From IMG/VR virus record IMGVR_UViG_3300014720_000002: a DNA stretch of 64,000 nt; one strand, written 5' to 3'. The stretch is from a virus. The notes under the pieces are model-generated. The model had not been told where the DNA came from, did not search any database, and saw nothing but the letters and a program-made list of their open reading frames with translations. Positions 56,408-64,000 of this stretch are shown here, piece after piece. Positions within the stretch are counted from its first letter, which is position 1, and every line of letters starts with the position of its first letter. Both the position numbers and the translations under genes were made by a program.

Positions 56408-56442
56408 CCAGCCGGCCGGAGCATTTGCTTCCGGCCGGCTGG
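56408..56442 (+). terminator. Hairpin downstream of the Cas7-like gene
   Basis: ccagccggccgga / tccggccggctgg 13-bp stem; no U-tract. Confidence 0.45.
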
Positions 56443-56459
56443 TCTGCTAGTCTGAGCAC

Positions 56460-59400
56460 ATGCAAAACGACATTGGTCTCCCTACTGTAGTCCTGGCTGT
56501 GCTGGTGGTGGTCCAACTCTTGTGGATTGTCCGGCAGACGGACTTCGGCAAGCTGGTCAAGCGCAGCAATCAACTGCCCAAGTTCGGCGCCAACCCGGAC
56601 TATCATTGGGTGCAGATTCGGCGTGAGGGCGGCGCGGCCTGGCTGGCGCTGACTGACGTGGAACTCGACACTGCCATCAAACGGGCCGAGGCCAACGACG
56701 AAGATCGACCATGACCAAACAACAGGCCGCGCGCGTGCGGCAACTGATCCGGGCCTTGCGCTCGGGCAAATTCAAGCAGTGCCGAAACCGGCTTCGCTCT
56801 GTGAGGGGTGACCGGTTTTGTGCTTCTGGGGTGGCTTGCGAGCTTTATTCCCGGAACATGAAAGGCACGGACGGAGTCTGGCAGATGTCGGAGGATGGTG
56901 ATGAGCAGGAGTTTCAATCTGGGCCACAGTCGAACTGCCAGACGCTGCCGTATCTGGTGCGGCAGTGGTTAGGCTTCCCCGATGACACCCAGGCTTTCAT
57001 CGGGGCTGCGTTCGTGCATGAGTGGAATCTGGATCCGAATCTTGATGTGGAACGGGTTGGCTTGGAGTTGCTGAACGATGGCGTTCGACAGAGTGCTGGA
57101 TTTTCCAAAAGTCACCGCGGCATGAACTTCAAGCAGATCGCCTGTGTGCTGGAGCGCTGGCTTCGCCACCAGCCCATTTCGGACTGACTCCTATGCTCAC
57201 GCTTACTGATAAGTCTCCCTGCCCTGTGCAAGGCAAGCATCACAACAAGCCAATGGAGAAGGTGCCGGCGGATTATCTGGACTGGCTTGTGGGACAGCCC
57301 TGGTGCCGGAGCAAGTATCCGGAGGTGGACGACTACGTGACGCGCAACCGCAAGGCGCTCGACATGGAGTTGCGGCAGATGGGCAAGCTGGACTGACGCA
57401 TGAACATCAACACCAATCTCTACGACGGCTACGAGGTGCATCCCTGCCGGCTCGTGATGAAGAACGGCACGGTTGTCGCCCGAGGCTCCACCTGGCAACC
57501 CCGGCTGGACCGGTGGATCGCGGTGGAGGTCAACCACGAGCAAGACCAGCATCCGGAGCACACCTGGTTCTGGTGCCTGTATGGGCACGGGTTCAGCGGC
57601 GGGCTGACGGACATCGCAGACGCGCCAACCAAGGACGAAGTCCTGTCGATAGCCAGCTACCTGAACGAGCACAAGCTGCTGCCGCCCTATGCGCGTCTGC
57701 TGTCTGCTGGCGACTTCTCGGCGCTGTTCCGCTACTCCCGGGTGGTGGTTCATCCGTTCAAGCTGGCGAAGCGTGGTGGCAGTTCCATCTACTTCAAGCG
57801 GGGCATGCACGTCCGGCACGGGATGCCGTCGGAGGCCACGGTCTGTGCGCCTGACGACAAGCATCTGTTCGCCTACGGCTTGTATGGTGTGCTGAGTGAG
57901 GGCGAGTGGCTTCAGGGTCGCCGACCGTCCGGAACGGCTGGTCCTTCAGAGTCTCTGGTCGATGACCGAGGAAAGGAAGAGCACCTGCTGGACTTCGCCA
58001 CTGCCGATGAAGCCGAACGTGCGGCCTGCTATGTGGCGACGCATGGCGTCCTTCCACCCATCCTCAAATGGCTGCGTTGAACTCGGCGGGCCTGGTCGAT
58101 GTGTTTGAGATGTTGCTGGCCGTCAGCCGGTTGCTTCCGGAGGGGCATCAACTGGACTTTGCGGTTTCTCCGCATTGCATCCATCTGCACCTGATCGGCA
58201 GGGCTGGAGAGGATGTGGCGACGAACCTGCATGAACTGGACGGACGTCCAGAACAGGTTCAGGAAATGCAGGACAGCCTGGCCGGACTGCTGCGCAAAGT
58301 GGCGGCACCAGAAAAGCTGAGCCCGCAGTCTGGCCTGCAGTCAGTGATGGCTGGTCTGCAGGCTTGGGTGGACGACGACAAACTGCCGGCTGCGTTCCGG
58401 CACAAGGCCGGGCTGATGCTGGCTGGAGTGAGAGAACTGAATGCTAAATCTTGAAAAGGATGAACACCGGCTGTGGGAACTGGCCGCGGCGTTTGCTGCT
58501 GCCAACGCAGGCGCTGGCGCAGCCTGTCAGATAGCGGATGAACTGGTGCTCGCGTTTCGCGCCCGGCGGCAGCACTCCGTAGGTCACTCGGGTCCGCCAC
58601 CTGCAGGCAGGCCGGCACCGGCGGCTCCGCCCCAGTCTGCGCGACAGCCTGAACCAACCGCTCCGCCAGTCTGGAAAGGCCCTAGCAACGATCCGCCGGT
58701 CAAGGCGGCTCCGTTGCCGGGTGCTGCTGCGCCCAAGCCATCGGCGCGTCGCGGCAAAGCGTTGGCGGACATGTCCATCAACGAAAAGCTGGCTGAATTA
58801 CAGCGGCTGCAGGCCAGGTTCACCGAGTCACCCACTAGCCTTAACCCGGAGGAGATGCAGGACATGGTGGTCTTGACGAATGACGAACTGCTGAAACGCA
58901 TCACTCCCGCCCATGCCTAAAGCTGCGCCGTTGATGACGGCCAAGTCCAGCCCGCTGCGACGTAGTCTCAACCAACTGGCCAGGAAGTTTTACCAGGCGC
59001 ATGGCTACACAGTGTCGTCAGAGTATGACTTCGAGCGCGCGGTGCATCCGCAAGAGGCCGGGATGTGGAGCTTGGCGGTAATTGCCCACGAGCATTTCAC
59101 TGGCGATACGCCGGACCCTGGAGAACTGGAGGACCTACCATGATCGATGTGTTTGACCTGACAGGTTTGGATCCGACAGTGACGCCACGGGAGCACGCGC
59201 TGCTGGACAAGCTGGACCGTGCGGAAGCGTCGCTGGTTGACTTGCTGCAGTTCATCCAGGCGCAGACCGACTTGCCCGATGGGCTGGCGGCGCAGGTGCG
59301 CGAGGATCTGGCGGCCATAAAAGTGTCGCTGCACGAGTCCGGATTCAACTACCAGCACTATCCGGAACTGCGGGACGAACTGCCCGTCTATTCGATGACG

Positions 59401-60344
59401 GACCAGCCGCCTACCTGCCCCAAGTGCGGGACCAGGATCAAGGTCTGGCTGCAGGGGGAAACTGGAAATAAGCAGGTGGTGAAGTGCCGTCCGTGCAACT
59501 TCATCTACCGGCTGGAGGAAGACGAAGACGATCATGATTAAGCTTAGGAAAGGTGACAAGGTGGTGTGGTGGGACGGAGAGCCAGGACATCTCGGCACGC
59601 GGCATTACGGACGGGTGGAACGGACGAAGCTGAAGAACAAGAACGGCGTGCCATTGGACTTCACGGCGGTGTTCCCGCGTCCTGGTGGCAAGCTGCACAA
59701 GCGGTTCAGCCAGCTTGACCGCGACACGGTGCTGCTGCTGGCGCCCCGTAGCGAGTGGGCCTCGTTCCTTACGTTCAAGCTGCCGGAACATGTCGAGGTG
59801 GCCAGGATTCCCGGCTGTGCGCAGCCGACTTACGGGCTCTTCAACATGAACGTGGCCGGGGTTGGCTGGTCGCAGTTGCACGGGGTCATGCGGTCTGAGC
59901 AGGAGATCCCGCTGGAGTTCTGGCGCCACGGCAGGACCAAGCGCGATCTGGATTGGTGTCTTCGTGCCGGCGAGAGCGAGGTAAAGCTCGACTGGCCCTG
60001 GCCCATCAATGGCGCCATTGCGGCAGCGCTGAAGGGAGTGGACATACATGAGTGACCGCCTGTTCGCCTACTATCTGGTAACAGTGTCGGAGGCTGGCGA
60101 TGTCCTGGAGCGTGGGTTCAGCAGTCCGCACGACGATCTGGCGCAGCGGCCGTATTCTGACGACTGCCCGGTCGTGGTCTGCTCAAATCAGGCGGTGCGG
60201 CGGGTGGACAGCAGGGCAGAACTGGACATGCCGCCCTGTCTAAACCCTGATTGCGGCAGGTCCATTTCCTATTTTGCCTGTGACCGCTGCGACATGTGTG
60301 GCGAGAAAGTGCTGCCGCTGGGGTCGGTCTTGGTTGTCCCATGA
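56460..60344 (+). other. Run of small hypothetical CDSs (56460-56714, 56711-57187, 57193-57396, 57400-58080, 58068-58454, 58441-58920, 58913-59143, 59140-59541, 59534-60055, 60048-60344)
   Basis: Head-to-tail ORFs; 57193-57396 has a GKH..KPMEKVPADYLDWL motif (DUF3820/ExoX C-terminal-like). Confidence 0.65.
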
Positions 60345-60688
60345 AGCCGCCTTGCCATGCCTGCAGGGCGGTCTGCTGCAGGGACACGGGTGCTTGGCCG
60401 TTTGCCTGCGTGCTGAGCAGCCGTGATCTGCGGCAGCCGCATCTCCGCTCGGTGGCGGTGTGGCCCGCCGGCGGCAGCTTGGCGGTGCTGCCTTACAAGC
60501 ACGGTCGCTGCGTGTTTCTGAACCCGAAGACCAACCTGTGCCGGACTTACGCCGACAGACCGGAGGCCTGCCGTGACTTCGACTGCACGCAGTGCATTCC
60601 GGAGGGAGCGTTCCTGAAGACCAACCCTAAGGTGATCGACCTGATTGAAAATGAGCGACGAAAAGCTAAACCCAGAACAGGTCCGTGA
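60341..60688 (+). CDS. YkgJ-family CxxCxxCC cysteine-cluster protein
   Basis: CHACRAVCC ... CVFL ... CRTYADRPEACRDFDC. Confidence 0.82.
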   Translation: MKPPCHACRAVCCRDTGAWPFACVLSSRDLRQPHLRSVAVWPAGGSLAVLPYKHGRCVFLNPKTNLCRTYADRPEACRDFDCTQCIPEGAFLKTNPKVIDLIENERRKAKPRTGP

Positions 60689-63600
60689 GGCCATCCTGTC
60701 CGAGATGGCCCGGACGTTCTTTGTCACCGCCTACGCGGACGCGTGGGACAACAAGGAGCTTCCACCAACTGCACCTCACGCAGGGCCTGGCGACGAGTGG
60801 TTCGCTTGCGCTCCCGAGGAGACACCCCGCGCTGCGAGGGTGCTGGCTGAAAGCCTGGTGACGGCCATCGAGACACATGACGATGTGAAGGTGGAGGAGG
60901 TCTTTCAGCGCAACGCGGACCTGACCGAAGGCCATCTGAGCGAACCCACTCCGGACAGCTTCGGGTATTGCCTGGCCATGGAGTGCCTTGGGCATGGCGT
61001 TGGCTGGGGTGATGACCATCCGGAGCACAACCTCAACCTGCCGTATCTGGAGTGCTGGCTGGAGATCAGCATTCCGCCTTTGCCGATCACTGTGCGCAGT
61101 GACTGGATACTTCTGGACTCTCTGGAGGGTGGTCCTCTTTGGCTGACTATCGACCACACTGGCCACCGGTTCTTCGGCGATGAGGGCGTTCCGCCGCCGT
61201 TTCAGACTGTCTGCCGACCAGCCACCAAGCCATGATCCACATCGAAGTCATGGTTGAATCGCACCCGACGCTGATCTGCTGCCTTCACCGGCTGCCTGAT
61301 GGCGATCTGTTCAAACGCAAATACATCGGATACGGGCGGCGGGCCGCGGTGGCGCAGTTTCGTCGGGAAGTGCGGGAAGAACTGAGAAAGTTGAAAGCAT
61401 GAGCAATCCATTGGTCGAGAAGTTGAACGAGCAGGTGAAGTCGCTGTGCCAGTGCTGCCAAGACCGGCTGTGCGACATCGCCAGGCACGAGTCGGCCGTC
61501 AGACTGTGGCGGGACGAGTTTTGGCCAGGCACCCGGCTGGACACTGTGCGCGAACGGCTCCGTGAGGCGTTTGTTGGCATGGACCTGCGGCAGGGCACGC
61601 CCTATTTCCGGCTGCATGGTCGCCCAGTCATCAAATCGCCTGTCGAGCATCTGCCGGTGGCTCAGCTTACGGGTAGCCTGGCCGACACGCTGATATGGCT
61701 GGAGTTCCGCAAAAGTCAGCGGGACAAGCGGCAGGTCGCTGAAGCGGCTGCCATGCGGCGTGGCATCATTAGCCGGGAGCGGGATTGGCGGCGGCTGCCG
61801 CTGGCCATCCGCACGGCGGCAGCCGCCATCATTGAGGAACAAGAACATGCCACTGGCTAAGAAGTGCTGGCGCGCTCGGGTGCGCGAGATCTACGACAGT
61901 CCCGAGGAGTTGGAGGCGTATGACCGCAACTACCGCATCTGTGCCCGGCTGGGATTCTTAGATGTGGCTGAACTGTGGGAGACCAACCCTAAGATCGAAG
62001 GTTCGGTTTATCCTGCTGACTTGCGCGTGGTGCCTTCGCCAGACGCCAAGCGACAGCCGGTAAAGGTGCAGATCGAGCCGGAAGGTGCCGCGGGTCCGTA
62101 TCTGGTTGGGCTGTTGCCGAAGTCGATGAGCGGGGTGTCGGCGCGGGATATTGTGTTCCGGGTCAAGACGCGCAAGGACGACGGCTTCAAGATTCTCCAG
62201 GTGCTTACGGAGGGTCGTTGGCGTCCGGTGTGGGCCTGCAATCCGACATTCTTCAAGCAGCACTTCCGAGCAGTCAAATGAGCAGAAAAACTCACAGGCA
62301 GGACGCGTGGCGTGCGCATGAGGAGATGGCGGCGGCGCTGGCCAATGACATTGCCGAGGGGATCGATAATGGCGAGTCACGCAGGAAGCTGCGACAGGCC
62401 GTCACCTACTTCGCCATGAAGGCACATTACGAGCAGCAGGCCCGTCTGCTGGTTGAGAGCCGGCTGAAGGTCATGACACTCGGGTTGGAGTTGATGCAGT
62501 CGGTGGTGGTTAGATAAACGAAGTAAAACCATGTCAGAATACGATGTAGAAGTGACCCGCACGGCGGCTGAAACAAAGACGTTTCGCGTGATGGCCGAGG
62601 ACGCCGAAGCGGCCAAGGACAAGGCCGTGGAAGCCGCGGCCAACACGGTATTCAACAACCCCGGATGTCCGACCTACGAGGCGCTGCTTCCTTACCGTGT
62701 CTTGGGCCATCAAAAGTAGCATGAGCGAAACGACCAAGTTCAAAATGGAGTGCCTGGCCGAGAATGCGGCGCTGTTCCTGGAATGGCTACGCACGCGCGG
62801 CGGGCTGGCGATCTGGGAGAGTGCTGACTTTGGCCGGGCTGGTGAGTCTTGGACAACACCTGCCCGGACGGTCTGCGGAAAGGTCATGCAGAAGCCGTAT
62901 TGGTTCTGCAAATCCGAGCCGAAGCAGATCGTTGCAGATCCGGCCGAGGTGGGCGTGTTCACGGCGGCGCTGTTCAAGGAGTTTCCGGTGCGGTTGCGTG
63001 CTGCCCGAGGTGGATTGGTGTTCAAGCTGCAGGACTCCAGCCAGCGCAGCCTGGACCGGGTCATGCAGTCGTGTCGCAACAAGCATCCCGGTTGTGAGGT
63101 GTATTGGGAACGTGGCGGCATCGAAATAACGGATCGGCCGGCCATGCGTGTCTATTACGTCACCGGCGTGAGGCCATTGCTGGAATGGGCGGCAGAGAAA
63201 GGATTGTGACTTATGAGAATTCGATTGAGCCAGCAACATGGAGTCGCTCCGATGCTGACCTGCTGCCAGTTGTGCGGCGGGGATACGAACGAGTTGCTGT
63301 TGTTGGGCGCCAGTGCTGACAAGGTGTGTCGGGAGACGTTCGGCCAGTCTTATAGCGGCAGCAGTTGCCAGCGCATTCCGCACGGCATCTGCGACAAGTG
63401 CAAGGCGATGCTGGACGGCGGCGCTGCGTGCTACATCTGCCCTGAGCGCCAGGCTATCCTGATGTTCTCCGCGGAGTGCGTCAGCCGCAACGGCTGGCCC
63501 GGCGCTGGCAAGGTCTCCCGGCTTCGGCCTGAAGACATGGCGAAGCTGCAGGCGATGGTGGCTGAAGCGCCGGCACCTGGTGTCGAGCATGCAGCATGAA

Positions 63601-63967
63601 GACTACCGCAGAACGGTTCGCGGCCTTGTCGGGTCTGATTCATGGACGCGTGGGCAAGACGTCGGCAGGGCTGGGTCTGGTTGACTATCCGGTTATCGAA
63701 CTGGAGATGGAGCGCGACGATCAGCCGCAATTTCCATCACGTTACGTGATCTTTGCCCTGCGGCTGGATGATCGACGGGTCTGTTACGAGGTCACACCCA
63801 TGCTTAAACCCGAGCATGGAGATGCCAGCCAGGATGTCTGGCGTTCGGCGCGCGAGCACCAGCGGTTTTGCCGGATCGTCCGCGGCTGGCGTGACTGGCT
63901 GCGTCCCCGGCTGCGCAAGCTCGGTCTGCGGCTTGGGAGACGGGTCGAGAGTGTCTATTTAACATGA
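60651..63967 (+). other. Run of small hypothetical CDSs (60651-61235, 61399-61860, 61847-62281, 62278-62517, 62531-62719, 62721-63209, 63213-63599, 63596-63967)
   Basis: Densely packed + strand ORFs. Confidence 0.6.
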
Positions 63968-64000
63968 ACAATAGCTTGATGGATCTGGCCCGCCGCCGGG

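Noticed and set aside
345-63590. Long minus-strand ORFs (e.g. 345-1487, 9690-10589, 19996-20790, 35302-36243, 36717-37574, 62787-63590)
   Set aside because: They mirror well-supported + strand genes and have no recognisable motifs; these are typical shadow ORFs in GC-rich DNA.
1-64000. CRISPR array
   Set aside because: I saw no series of 25-45 bp repeats with unique spacers. The repeats at 15567-15820 are 9-mers in mixed orientation.
1-64000. tRNA genes
   Set aside because: The only convincing T-arm plus acceptor stem plus CCA belongs to the tmRNA; a tRNAscan-SE run would be needed to exclude atypical tRNAs.

Overview
The window looks like part of a large, GC-rich, lytic-type (jumbo-like) bacteriophage genome rather than a bacterial chromosome. 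Genes are densely packed and essentially all on the + strand, and there are no ribosomal or central-metabolism operons. From left to right it holds: (1) a recombination/replication block (RecA/UvsX-like, RecQ-like); (2) a putative portal followed by Gly/Ala-rich, membrane-like proteins that repeatedly carry a K-x-A motif; (3) a multisubunit RNA polymerase whose beta subunit is split over three distant genes, the last of which carries a LAGLIDADG intein and is fused to a zinc-finger-less beta' N-terminus; (4) a DUF3150/DUF1257/DUF2997/AAA-ATPase module whose ATPase is interrupted inside Walker B by a group I intron encoding an HNH endonuclease; (5) a complete tmRNA with an unusually long 33-aa tag; (6) glycosyltransferases and nucleotide-pool enzymes (5'-nucleotidase, HD hydrolases, DHFR, dimeric dUTPase); and (7) about 25 kb of small accessory genes. 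The accessory region includes a stand-alone Cas7/RAMP-like gene with no CRISPR array and a protein carrying a SufB/SufD C-terminal-like segment. All family assignments come from motif recognition by eye, with no database search. Start codons of small ORFs are best guesses.
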